A stretch of 41,847 nt of DNA from Burkholderiales bacterium (GCA_040081205.1 JBEBHE010000002.1:1-41847), one strand, 5' to 3'; shown: positions 21,062-30,087, numbered from the stretch's first letter. Translations and numbers: made by a program. Notes: generated by a model not told the origin, from the sequence alone.

Positions 21062-23029
21062 ATGTCCACGATCGAATCTGTATTAAGCGAAGAACGCCTG
21101 TTTCCACCCAGCGACGCGTTTATCAAACAGGCCAATATTTCAGGCATGGACGCCTACCGCAAGCTATGCGCCGAAGCCGAAAGTGACTTCGAAGGCTTTT
21201 GGGGCAACCTCGCGCGCAAGGAATTACTGTGGCAAAAGCCCTTCACCAAGACGCTAGATGAATCCAAAGCTCCGTTTTTCAAGTGGTTCGACGATGGCGA
21301 ATTGAATGCTTCATACAATTGCCTGGATCGGCACCTGAAAACACAACCAGACAAGATTGCGATTGTTTTCGAGGCCGATGATGGCAAGGTGAACACCATC
21401 ACCTACCGCGACTTGCATCGCGAAGTTTGCAAAGCGGCCAACGGTCTGAAGTCGCGCGGCATCCGGTTGGGCGACCGCGTCATTGTGTATATGCCAATGT
21501 CGATTGAGGCTGTGGTGTGCATGCAGGCCTGCGCACGCATCGGCGCGATTCATTCGGTAGTGTTCGGCGGCTTTTCTGCAAAAAGTTTGCAGGAACGCAT
21601 TATCGACGCTGGTGCGGTGGCGGTGCTGACCGCAGACGGGCAATTTCGTGGCGGACGTGAAATCCCGTTAAAGCCCGCTGTGGATGAAGCCCTCACGCTG
21701 GGTGGCTGCGAGTCCATTCACAGTGTCGTCGTTTACAAGCGCACCGGAACCACGGTTGCCTGGAATGCTAAACAAGATGTCTGGCTGCATGACCTGTTGA
21801 AAGACCAGTCCGAAACCTGCGAACCGACGTGGGTGAACGCGGAACATCCGCTGTTTATACTCTACACGTCCGGCTCTACTGGCAAGCCCAAAGGCATTCA
21901 ACATTCCACAGGTGGTTATTTGCTGTGGACTATCCTGACAATGAAGTGGACGTTTGACTACAAGCCGAGCGATGTGTTCTGGTGTACAGCGGATGTCGGC
22001 TGGGTGACCGGACATTCCTACGTTTGCTACGGCCCGCTGGCGTGCGGTGCGACCGAAGTTATTTTTGAAGGCGTGCCGGTTTACCCGGATGCCGGCCGTT
22101 TCTGGAAAATGATTCAGGACCACAAAGTCAGTGTGTTTTATACCGCACCGACGGCGATTCGTTCGCTGATCAAAGCCGGCGGCGATCTGCCCAAAAAATA
22201 TGACCTGAAAAGTCTTCGTATCCTGGGCACCGTGGGCGAGCCGATTAATCCCGAAGCGTGGATGTGGTACCACGAAACGGTTGGCGGCAGCCGTTGCCCG
22301 ATTGTCGATACCTGGTGGCAAACCGAAACCGGCGGACACATGATTACGCCGCTGCCGGGCGCCACGGCCACAAAACCGGGTTCAGCAACTTTTCCCCTTC
22401 CTGGCGTTATTGCCGATATTGTCGATGAAACCGGCCAATCGGTCGGCAGAGGCAAAGGCGGTATTCTGGTTATCAAAAAACCGTGGCCGTCGATGGTGCG
22501 CACGATTTGGGGCGATCCGGAGCGTTTCAAAAAAACCTACTACCCGGAAGATTTTCAGGGCAAGTATTACCTCGCCGGCGACGGCGCAACCTACGATTCC
22601 GAAGGCTACATTCGAATCATGGGGCGCATTGACGACGTGCTGAATGTATCGGGACATCGCCTTGGCACCATGGAAATCGAGTCCGCGCTCGTCGCCTATA
22701 AAGAACTTGTCGCCGAAGCGGCCGTAGTCGGACGCCCGGATGAACTTACTGGTGAAGCGATTTGCGCGTTCGTCGTGTTAAAGCGCTCGCGCCCCACCGG
22801 CGACGAGGCAAAGAAAATCGTCAAGGAATTGCAGGATTGGGTAGCCAAGGAAATTGGCCCCATCGCAAAGCCTCGCGACATTCGCTTCGGGGATAATCTG
22901 CCCAAGACACGTTCCGGAAAAATCATGCGTCGCCTCTTGCGCTCTATCGCCAAAGGCGAGGAAATTACGCAGGATGTTTCCACGCTGGAGAATCCGGCGA
23001 TCCTGGATCAGTTAAAACAACCGTTGTGA
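21062..23029 (+). CDS. acs: Acetyl-CoA synthetase (AMP-forming)
   Basis: The 655-aa protein has the AMP-binding motif [19 protein letters not shown] and YYLAGDGA. The C-terminus has [14 protein letters not shown] with the acetylatable Lys context. A GGAGG SD lies 7 nt upstream of the ATG. Confidence 0.97.
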   Translation: MSTIESVLSEERLFPPSDAFIKQANISGMDAYRKLCAEAESDFEGFWGNLARKELLWQKPFTKTLDESKAPFFKWFDDGELNASYNCLDRHLKTQPDKIAIVFEADDGKVNTITYRDLHREVCKAANGLKSRGIRLGDRVIVYMPMSIEAVVCMQACARIGAIHSVVFGGFSAKSLQERIIDAGAVAVLTADGQFRGGREIPLKPAVDEALTLGGCESIHSVVVYKRTGTTVAWNAKQDVWLHDLLKDQSETCEPTWVNAEHPLFILYTSGSTGKPKGIQHSTGGYLLWTILTMKWTFDYKPSDVFWCTADVGWVTGHSYVCYGPLACGATEVIFEGVPVYPDAGRFWKMIQDHKVSVFYTAPTAIRSLIKAGGDLPKKYDLKSLRILGTVGEPINPEAWMWYHETVGGSRCPIVDTWWQTETGGHMITPLPGATATKPGSATFPLPGVIADIVDETGQSVGRGKGGILVIKKPWPSMVRTIWGDPERFKKTYYPEDFQGKYYLAGDGATYDSEGYIRIMGRIDDVLNVSGHRLGTMEIESALVAYKELVAEAAVVGRPDELTGEAICAFVVLKRSRPTGDEAKKIVKELQDWVAKEIGPIAKPRDIRFGDNLPKTRSGKIMRRLLRSIAKGEEITQDVSTLENPAILDQLKQPL

Positions 23030-23244
23030 GTCAGTCGAAGCCCATAGGCAACGAACAACGCGGGCAGCGCCTCGCGGCGTTGTTCCTGCTGGGTTGCTTG
23101 CTGTTCAACTACCCGCTGCTGCAATTGTTTGCGCGCGATGGCACCGTTCTGGGTATGCCGCTGCTCTATTGCTATGCTTTCGGCGCATGGGCCGTGTTAA
23201 TCGGGTTGATGGCGCTGGTGGTTGAACGCCGCGACCGCGACTAG
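23026..23244 (+). CDS. Small two-TM membrane protein resembling the DUF4212 symporter small subunit
   Basis: The 72-aa protein has two hydrophobic helices. A GTG start overlaps the acs stop (GTGA), and the gene ends 9 nt before the sensor kinase. It shares the pattern (F/Y)AR ... LG(M/F)PL ... Y ... G with the DUF4212 protein at 30269-30535. Confidence 0.6.
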   Translation: MSQSKPIGNEQRGQRLAALFLLGCLLFNYPLLQLFARDGTVLGMPLLYCYAFGAWAVLIGLMALVVERRDRD

Positions 23245-23253
23245 GAAATCATT

Positions 23254-26046
23254 GTGCTAACCGGCGGCATTATCGTCGTCGCCTCGTTTGCCTACGTCGC
23301 CCTGCTGTTCGCCATCGCGGCTTACGGCGACAAGCGCGCCGATGCCGGGCGCAGCCTGATCGCCAATCCATACATTTACGCGCTGTCTTTGGCGGTGTAC
23401 TGCACGTCGTGGACCTTCTACGGCAGTGTCGGCCGTGCCGCGACATCGGGCATCGGCTTCCTGCCAATCTATCTCGGCCCGACATTGATGGCCGCGCTGT
23501 GGTGGTTTCTGCTGCTAAAAATGATACGCATCAGCAAGGCCAATCGCATCACCTCCATCGCCGACTTCGTTGCGTCGCGCTACGGCAAAAGCCAATTGCT
23601 CGGCGGACTGGTCACCATCATCGCGGTTATCGGCATCATTCCGTATATCGCGCTGCAATTAAAAGCGATCTCCACCAGTTTCTCCATCATCCTACACTAC
23701 CCGGGCGTCGCGATGCCTGAAAAACTCGGCGCGCAATTGTTCATCGGCGACAACACCTTTTATATCGCGATGATGCTGGCCGCGTTCACCATTCTGTTCG
23801 GCACGCGCCACCTGGATGCGACGGAGCGCCACGAAGGATTGGTCGCGGCGATTGCGTTTGAATCAGTAGTAAAACTGGTTGCCTTCATCGCCGTCGGTTT
23901 GTTTGTCACATACGGCATGTACAATGGCTTCACGGATATTTTTCAGCGCGCGCGCGAAAATCCGCAATTGCACGCGTTAATGGCCCAAGGCGGCGAATCC
24001 GGCAGTTACACGTCGTGGGCATCGCTGACGCTGCTGTCAATGTTTGCCATTCTGTTTTTGCCCCGCCAGTTTCAGGTTGCCGTGGTGGAAAATGTCGATG
24101 AGCGGCATTTAAACAAAGCGATCTGGCTGTTTCCGCTGTATTTACTCGTGATTAACATCTTTGTGCTGCCCATTGCGCTGGGCGGCCTGCTGCGGTTTCC
24201 CTCGGGCGGCGTCGATGCCGACACTTTTATGCTGACGCTGCCGATAGCCGAACAGCAGCCGTGGATCGCGTTACTCGCTTTCATCGGCGGCCTGTCCGCA
24301 GCGACGGGCATGGTGATCGTGGAAACCATCGCGCTATCAACGATGGTATGCAACGATCTGGTGATGCCGGTGCTGCTACGTTTACGCTGGCTGCGGCTTA
24401 CTGAACGGCGCGATTTGTCGCGCCTGCTACTGGGCATCCGACGCGGTGCAATTGTCGCAATACTGATGCTGGGCTATGTTTATTTTCATCTCGCCGGAGA
24501 GGCGTATGCTCTTGTTTCTATTGGATTAATATCGTTCTCTGCGGTAGCGCAATTTGCGCCCGCTATCATTGGCGGCCTGTTCTGGAAAGGCGGCAACCGG
24601 CTGGGGGCGATCTGTGGTTTGAGCGCGGGATTTCTGGTTTGGCTCTACACCCTGTTGCTGCCCTCCTTCGCAAAATCCGGCTGGCTACCCATTACATTTT
24701 TGTCGCAAGGCTTCGCGGGCATTGAACTGCTCAAACCGCAGCAACTTTTCGGATTGCAAGGCCTTGATGAAATTTCGCATTGTTTATTCTGGAGCTTGCT
24801 CGCCAATATCGGACTTTACGTTGCGATTTCTATGCTCCGCCGTCCCGACGCGTCGGAGCATAGACAGGCCGTGCTGTTCGTCGATGCCAATCGGCAGTCG
24901 CCCGCAGCGGGTTCGCGATTCTGGCGTGGCAGCGCGTCCATCAACGATTTGCTTGCGTTGTTGGGCCGTTTTCTCGGCCCGGCGCGCGCGCACGACGCCA
25001 TGACAGAATACGCGCGGCACCGCAGCGTGCAGACCATCGAAGCGATACCAGCAGACGCCGATACGGTTCATCATGCCGAGTCGCTGCTGGCCGGCGCTAT
25101 CGGCAGCGCCAGTGCAAGGGTCATGATGGCATCCGTTGTAGATGAAGAGCCGCTCGGCATTGACGAAGTTATGCACATCATCGACGAAGCATCGCAAGTG
25201 CTGGCCTACAGCCGGCAGCTTGAACGTCAATCACGCGAACTCGAAGCGGCGACCAACGACTTACGCAACGCCAACTCACGCTTAAAAGAACTTGACAGAC
25301 TGAAGGACGATTTCATTTCCACCGTCACGCATGAGTTGCGCACACCGCTGACCTCCATTCGCGCGTTTACCGAAATACTTCGCGACAATCCAAATTTAGC
25401 GCAAGTGCAGCGTGAGAATTTTCTGGGTATTGTCATTCGGGAATCCGAGCGCCTTACACGCCTTATCAATCAGGTGCTGGATCTGTCGAAAATCGAGTCC
25501 GGCAACGCGGAATGGCAATCGATTCAATTCGACATGCGCGATGTAATCAACGAATCCGCCTCTGCCGTTGGGCAGTTATTCCGCGACAGCGGCGTTACTT
25601 TGGCCATTCAACTTCCTGACGATGCGCCGGAAATCGTTGCTGACCGTGACCGCGTGATGCAAGTGATGTTGAACCTGCTGTCCAATGCAGCGAAATTCTG
25701 CGAAGCCGGCAAAGGCCAGGTTCGCGTCACACTCGCTTGCGAGCCCCATGCACTGCACGTGAATGTCATAGACAACGGCATTGGCATCAGCGCCGAGGAT
25801 CAGGCCGTGATATTCGACAAATTCCGGCAGGCCGGCGATACGCTGACGCAAAAGCCCAAAGGCAGCGGACTGGGTCTCGCGATCTCGCGCCAGATCATTG
25901 AGTTCCTTGGCGGCCGGCTCTGGGTTACCAGCCGCTTTGGTGACGGCGCAACCTTTTCGTTCACGCTTCCCATCAGCGGCGGGCACGTAGAACGACCATC
26001 ACAAATGAATGCGACCGAGTATGCCCAGGAAAATTCTCATCGTTGA
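23254..26046 (+). CDS. Sensor histidine kinase with an N-terminal sodium/solute symporter (SSS/SLC5) domain and STAC-like linker (CrbS/CbrA-like architecture)
   Basis: The 930-aa protein starts with ~520 aa of SSS-type TM helices (ITSIADFVASRYGKS, IPYIALQLKAIS). A STAC-like segment follows (AESLLAGAIGSASARVMMASV), then a coiled coil. The HisKA H-box is FISTVTHELRTPLTSI (His codon 25330-25332), and the HATPase has N, G1 and G2 boxes (LLSNAAKF, DNGIGI, GSGLGLAISRQI). I could recognise no PAS domain and no fused receiver. Confidence 0.9.
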   Translation: MLTGGIIVVASFAYVALLFAIAAYGDKRADAGRSLIANPYIYALSLAVYCTSWTFYGSVGRAATSGIGFLPIYLGPTLMAALWWFLLLKMIRISKANRITSIADFVASRYGKSQLLGGLVTIIAVIGIIPYIALQLKAISTSFSIILHYPGVAMPEKLGAQLFIGDNTFYIAMMLAAFTILFGTRHLDATERHEGLVAAIAFESVVKLVAFIAVGLFVTYGMYNGFTDIFQRARENPQLHALMAQGGESGSYTSWASLTLLSMFAILFLPRQFQVAVVENVDERHLNKAIWLFPLYLLVINIFVLPIALGGLLRFPSGGVDADTFMLTLPIAEQQPWIALLAFIGGLSAATGMVIVETIALSTMVCNDLVMPVLLRLRWLRLTERRDLSRLLLGIRRGAIVAILMLGYVYFHLAGEAYALVSIGLISFSAVAQFAPAIIGGLFWKGGNRLGAICGLSAGFLVWLYTLLLPSFAKSGWLPITFLSQGFAGIELLKPQQLFGLQGLDEISHCLFWSLLANIGLYVAISMLRRPDASEHRQAVLFVDANRQSPAAGSRFWRGSASINDLLALLGRFLGPARAHDAMTEYARHRSVQTIEAIPADADTVHHAESLLAGAIGSASARVMMASVVDEEPLGIDEVMHIIDEASQVLAYSRQLERQSRELEAATNDLRNANSRLKELDRLKDDFISTVTHELRTPLTSIRAFTEILRDNPNLAQVQRENFLGIVIRESERLTRLINQVLDLSKIESGNAEWQSIQFDMRDVINESASAVGQLFRDSGVTLAIQLPDDAPEIVADRDRVMQVMLNLLSNAAKFCEAGKGQVRVTLACEPHALHVNVIDNGIGISAEDQAVIFDKFRQAGDTLTQKPKGSGLGLAISRQIIEFLGGRLWVTSRFGDGATFSFTLPISGGHVERPSQMNATEYAQENSHR

Positions 26047-26389
26047 GGATGATCATAATATATTGATTTCATTAGATTTTTTAATGAGATCTGAAAACTA
26101 CGATACGCGCACGGCCGGTACCGGGAATGGAGCGCTTGCAATCGTTGGAGAATTCATCCCCGATTTGATACTGCTGGATGTGATGCTGCCTATGATGAAT
26201 GGCTTTGAGGTATGTCAAACCCTTCGTGCCAATCCAGCATTAAATGCACTGAAGATCGTTATGCTGACTGCCAAAGGCCGTGAATCCGAAATCGCAGAAG
26301 GCATGGCATCAGGAGCGGATGCCTACATCACCAAACCCTTTGCGACGCGCGACCTTGTGAAAATCGTAAAACAACTGCTGGGAGACTAG
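26021..26389 (+). CDS. Stand-alone receiver (CheY-like single-domain response regulator)
   Basis: The motifs are (M)PRKILIVEDD, phospho-acceptor context LILLDVMLP, conserved T (MLTAKG) and K (YITKPF). There is no output domain. It overlaps the kinase stop by 26 nt, or 38 nt if the ATG at 26009 is used. Confidence 0.85.
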   Translation: MPRKILIVEDDHNILISLDFLMRSENYDTRTAGTGNGALAIVGEFIPDLILLDVMLPMMNGFEVCQTLRANPALNALKIVMLTAKGRESEIAEGMASGADAYITKPFATRDLVKIVKQLLGD

Positions 26390-27904
26390 ATGCGGTCGCG
26401 TTTTGCGGCAGTGTGGGCGGTTTGTACAGGGCTGATCCTGTGTGGTGCGGCAAGCGTCTTGTTTGTATTGCATGGCGCCCTGGAACCGGCTGATCGCCTC
26501 ACGCTGCTTCGCATGCTCGCGGCAAACGTGACAGTACTCGTAATCCTGCTGATTTTTACGTGCGTGATTTCTGCATGGATAGCGAATTGGGTCATGCAAC
26601 ACTATGTCAAGCCATTGCACCGTTACGCTGACGGCATTGGATTGATCGCTGCTGGAAATCCGGCGTACCGGGTAGAAGCGGCGCCACCGGCGGAATTGCG
26701 GATCGTCGCTACCGCCATCAATGCATTGGCCGCTCGCCACGAAGCCACCTTGCGCGACGTTACCGCCCGTGTTCATGAAGCGCAGTCCAATTTGGAATTG
26801 GAGAAAAGCCATCTCGCCACGCTGATGTCGGAACTCGCGCAGAGTGTTGTGGTTTGCAATGCGCAAGGCGAAATCCTCCTCTATAACGAAAAAGCCCGCC
26901 ACTTGTTTTCATCCGTTCATGAAAGCACCGATGAAAAAGCCATGCCTTTTCTCGGGCTGGGTCGATCCATTTATGCATTAGCGGACCACGGTGCCGTACG
27001 TGCCGGTCTTGACGAACTGCGGCAACGACTGGCATCCAATGTGCCGAACCCGGTCGCTGATTTCACAATGCAGCTCGCAAACGGCAAAATCGCCCATGCG
27101 CGCATGGCACCGGCCCGGCATCAGGCTACCGCTTCCCCAACACCTGCGACCGAAATCGATGGTTTTGTATTATTGCTGACTGCCGTCAACGCCGAACATG
27201 AAGCACGGCCCTCCCGCCATTCGGAAACATTCGCGCCAACGGGTCGTCCCGTCTATTACGACTTCGACCTTTTTCATCAGGCCGGACAGACCAAGGAAAT
27301 AGAAGACCGCCCGCTATCGAAGATCGTCTACACCGCGTTCGACACCGAGACGACAGGACTTGAGCCGTCCTCTGGAGATGAAATCATCGCCATAGGCGCA
27401 ATCAGACTCGTCAATGGCCGGCTGCTGCATCAGGAACAATTCTCAAAACTTATTGATCCCCGTCGCCCGCTTTCGCCGGAATCCATTGCCATCCACGGCA
27501 TTACACCGGAGATGCTGCGCGGAAAGCCCACCATAGAGAAAGTGATCCCCGCTTTTTATCAATTCTGTGAAGACACCGTATTGCTGGGGCACAATGCGGC
27601 ATTTGATATGCGTTTTCTCGAGATAAAACAGCGGCAGACGGGAATAAAATTCACGCAGCCAGTGCTCGACACTCTGCTACTTTCTGCCGTGTTGCACGGC
27701 ACCTTGCAGGCCCATGGTCTTGATGCGATCGCGTTGCGCCTCGGCGTGGCTGTAGTGGATCGCCACAGCGCCATCGGGGACGCCGTAACCACCGCGCAGA
27801 TTTTCCTTAAACTGCTGCCCCTGCTTTCGCAGCGCGGCATTGTCACGCTTAGACAGGCTCGCGAAGCGTCCGCGACTACGTCCTATGCCCGACTTCGATA
27901 CTGA
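26390..27904 (+). CDS. Membrane-anchored HAMP-PAS protein with a C-terminal DEDDh (DnaQ/PolIII-epsilon-like) 3'-5' exonuclease domain
   Basis: The 504-aa protein has two N-terminal TM helices with a very short loop. A HAMP-like segment follows (KPLHRYADGIGLIAAGNPAYRV...AINALAARHEA), then a PAS-like segment (LMSELAQSVVVCNAQGEILLYNEKARHLF). The exonuclease motifs are ExoI FDTETTGL, ExoII GHNAAFDMRFL and ExoIII HSAIGDAVTTA. The ATG abuts the receiver stop (TAGATG). Confidence 0.85.
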   Translation: MRSRFAAVWAVCTGLILCGAASVLFVLHGALEPADRLTLLRMLAANVTVLVILLIFTCVISAWIANWVMQHYVKPLHRYADGIGLIAAGNPAYRVEAAPPAELRIVATAINALAARHEATLRDVTARVHEAQSNLELEKSHLATLMSELAQSVVVCNAQGEILLYNEKARHLFSSVHESTDEKAMPFLGLGRSIYALADHGAVRAGLDELRQRLASNVPNPVADFTMQLANGKIAHARMAPARHQATASPTPATEIDGFVLLLTAVNAEHEARPSRHSETFAPTGRPVYYDFDLFHQAGQTKEIEDRPLSKIVYTAFDTETTGLEPSSGDEIIAIGAIRLVNGRLLHQEQFSKLIDPRRPLSPESIAIHGITPEMLRGKPTIEKVIPAFYQFCEDTVLLGHNAAFDMRFLEIKQRQTGIKFTQPVLDTLLLSAVLHGTLQAHGLDAIALRLGVAVVDRHSAIGDAVTTAQIFLKLLPLLSQRGIVTLRQAREASATTSYARLRY

Positions 27905-29300
27905 ACAGATAGATCCGCCGCTCAGCGGGCTGATGCGCGCCGCGCCGGTATCTTGCCTGCCGGATACGCGTGTGGAAACCGTATTGAGCATCATGAAAGA
28001 CAAGCGTATTGGCTCCATGATCGTCACCGACCCTCAAATGAGACCCATCGGCATTTTGACGCTGCGTGATGTCCTGGACCGGATCGCACTTGCGCCCGGC
28101 GCTTTGCAAATGCCCATTGAGCGCGTGATGTCGCGTCACCCCTTGTGCATCCCGGTTGACAGCAGTGCCTATCAGGCATCGCTTGCCATGATTCGGCACG
28201 GCGTCAATCACATCATCGTGGTTAAAAACGAACTGCTTGCGGGACTCGTTTCGGCCCGGGATCTATTTGGCCTGCAACATAGCAGCGTAAAAACCCTATC
28301 CACAGCCATCCGCAGTGCGCACGATCTTGGCGCTATTGAAGCATTCGGTCGCGACATTGGCGTTCTTTCGCGCAAAATGCTTGCTCAGGGCATCGCAACA
28401 GGGCCGCTTTGCGCTTTTATCGCCTCACTCAACGATCTGCTGACACAACGCATCGTGGAAATGGAGTTCCGCGACGTGTCCATTCCCTATTGCTGGATAC
28501 TCATGGGCAGCGAAGGGCGCTCTGAACAAACGCTGGTCACCGATCAAGACAACGGCCTGATCTTTTCGCCGGCGGACGGCAGCGATCCCGAAGTAGCGCG
28601 CCAGGAATTACTGACGGTTGCGCGCCGCATCAACCTGGCCCTTGATCGTGCCGGTTATCAGCTCTGCCCCGGCGATATCATGGCCGGGAATCCGCGATGG
28701 TGTCTGACCTTGAACGAGTGGCGCAGCCGGTTTCAGCATTGGATCGCCTCCGGTGATCCTCAGGCAATATTACACGGCATGATATTTTTCGACCTCAGAC
28801 CACTGCACGGTGAAACCATGCTTGCGCAGCACCTGCGGGATTGGATAACGGAGAATGCGCGGCACAGCCAGCGATTCCTGCACCTGATGGCTCAAGGCGC
28901 GTTGAAGAATGGCGCCCCCCTTGGATTGCTGGGACGATTCAAACTGGATGCCGGCGGTTACCTCGACCTTAAAATCAACGGAACAACCCTGTTCACAGAC
29001 GCAGGCCGCATCTTTGCACTGGCGGCCGGGATTGACGAAACCAACACGGAACGCAGATTGCGCAGAGCAGGCACTGCGCTCAATATTCCGCTGGATGAAA
29101 TTGAAGCATGGATTGCGGCGTACTACTGCTTGCAAGGACTCAGGCTTCGAATGCAGGCAGCGGCGTTGGCGAGCGGAGGCTCAGCCGACAACCGATTGGC
29201 GCCCAGGCAGTTGCATGCGTTTGATCGCGAGGTTCTCACCCTGGCATTTCATCAAGCCACTAAGTTGCAGAAACGACTCCGCATGGAATACAGTGCTTGA
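27885..29300 (+). CDS. CBS-pair / DUF294-type putative nucleotidyltransferase (GlnD-like Pol-beta fold) with a DUF294_C-type helical domain
   Basis: Two CBS modules are present (VETVLSIMKDKRIGSMIV...GILTLRDVL; ASLAMIRHGVNHIIV...GLVSARDL). The NTase motif GSEGRSEQTLVTDQDNGLIF (nt 28506-28565) parallels the glnD motif in this same window. I call the start at ATG 27885, a 20-nt overlap with the exonuclease gene; the ORF is open from 27840. Confidence 0.85.
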   Translation: MPDFDTEQIDPPLSGLMRAAPVSCLPDTRVETVLSIMKDKRIGSMIVTDPQMRPIGILTLRDVLDRIALAPGALQMPIERVMSRHPLCIPVDSSAYQASLAMIRHGVNHIIVVKNELLAGLVSARDLFGLQHSSVKTLSTAIRSAHDLGAIEAFGRDIGVLSRKMLAQGIATGPLCAFIASLNDLLTQRIVEMEFRDVSIPYCWILMGSEGRSEQTLVTDQDNGLIFSPADGSDPEVARQELLTVARRINLALDRAGYQLCPGDIMAGNPRWCLTLNEWRSRFQHWIASGDPQAILHGMIFFDLRPLHGETMLAQHLRDWITENARHSQRFLHLMAQGALKNGAPLGLLGRFKLDAGGYLDLKINGTTLFTDAGRIFALAAGIDETNTERRLRRAGTALNIPLDEIEAWIAAYYCLQGLRLRMQAAALASGGSADNRLAPRQLHAFDREVLTLAFHQATKLQKRLRMEYSA

Positions 29301-29330
29301 TGAATAAAATTTATCTGCATGAAACGCATG

Positions 29331-30002
29331 CTAGGGAATTTCCTGCTCAAGCAAGTAGCCGCGCCCATAGATAGTACGCACCGCCACGCCGCTGCCGTCC
29401 AGCTTCTTCCTGAGGCGATGCACGTAGACCTCGATAGCGTTATGCGTCACCTCTTTGTCATAGCTGTAGAGTAATTCGACCAATTGCTCCTTGCTGACTA
29501 CACGCCCAAAGCGTCTCAACAAAATTTCCAGTACGCCGGATTCGTGCAGCGAAAGCGGCAGCGCTTTTCCTTGTACACTAGCGAGCCGTGACACCGTATC
29601 GAAGGCTAAATTTCCATATTGCAAGGTCGGAGATGCATCTCCTGCACCGCGACGCAACAGCGCGCGCACGCGCGCCTTCAGTTCATCCTGGCTAAATGGT
29701 TTGACCAGATAGTCGTCCGCACCAAGGTCGAGACCGATGACCTTTTCTTCAGACTGTTCACGCCCCGACAATATCAGCACAGGCAGCGTGGTATTACGCT
29801 TGCGCAGCCGGCGCAGCACCTCAAAGCCATCCAGTTTGGGTAGCCCCAAGTCAAGGATCAGCAGGCCAAAGCCATCACCTTTGAGTGCTTCATCCGCAGC
29901 AAGCCCATGCTCTACATGGTCAACCGCATAGCCCGCTTGGCTCAGCGAAAAACGCAACGCCTCTGACAGCGCCGCATCATCCTCCGCAATCAGAATTCGC
30001 AA
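29331..30002 (-). CDS. OmpR/PhoB-family winged-helix response regulator
   Basis: The receiver has (M)RILIAEDD, LLILDLGLP and YLVKPF. The winged-helix output has VEVYVHRLRKKL and RTIYGRGYLL. I call the start at TTG 30000-30002, preceded by a GGGGGAG SD; the ORF is open to 30047. Confidence 0.9.
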   Translation of the reverse strand: MRILIAEDDAALSEALRFSLSQAGYAVDHVEHGLAADEALKGDGFGLLILDLGLPKLDGFEVLRRLRKRNTTLPVLILSGREQSEEKVIGLDLGADDYLVKPFSQDELKARVRALLRRGAGDASPTLQYGNLAFDTVSRLASVQGKALPLSLHESGVLEILLRRFGRVVSKEQLVELLYSYDKEVTHNAIEVYVHRLRKKLDGSGVAVRTIYGRGYLLEQEIP

Positions 30003-30068
30003 TCGACTCCCCCAGAATCTTACCGCAAGAATGCTGTGCCGCAACAAAACTGCGGATTGAAAAATAAC

Positions 30069-30087
30069 TTAAATACTTGTTTTTATT
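30069..30087. repeat. AT-rich motif, copy E, inverted orientation (reverse complement AATAAAAACAAGTATTTAA)
   Basis: It lies in the divergent promoter region between the OmpR-type regulator and the DUF4212 gene. It is 16/18 identical to copy A. Confidence 0.45.

Noticed and set aside
29317-29331. The hairpin GCATG-AAACG-CATGC between the convergent nucleotidyltransferase and OmpR-regulator genes, as a bidirectional terminator
   Set aside because: The stem is only 5 bp, with no flanking T/A tracts, and it overlaps the regulator stop codon. This is too weak to call.
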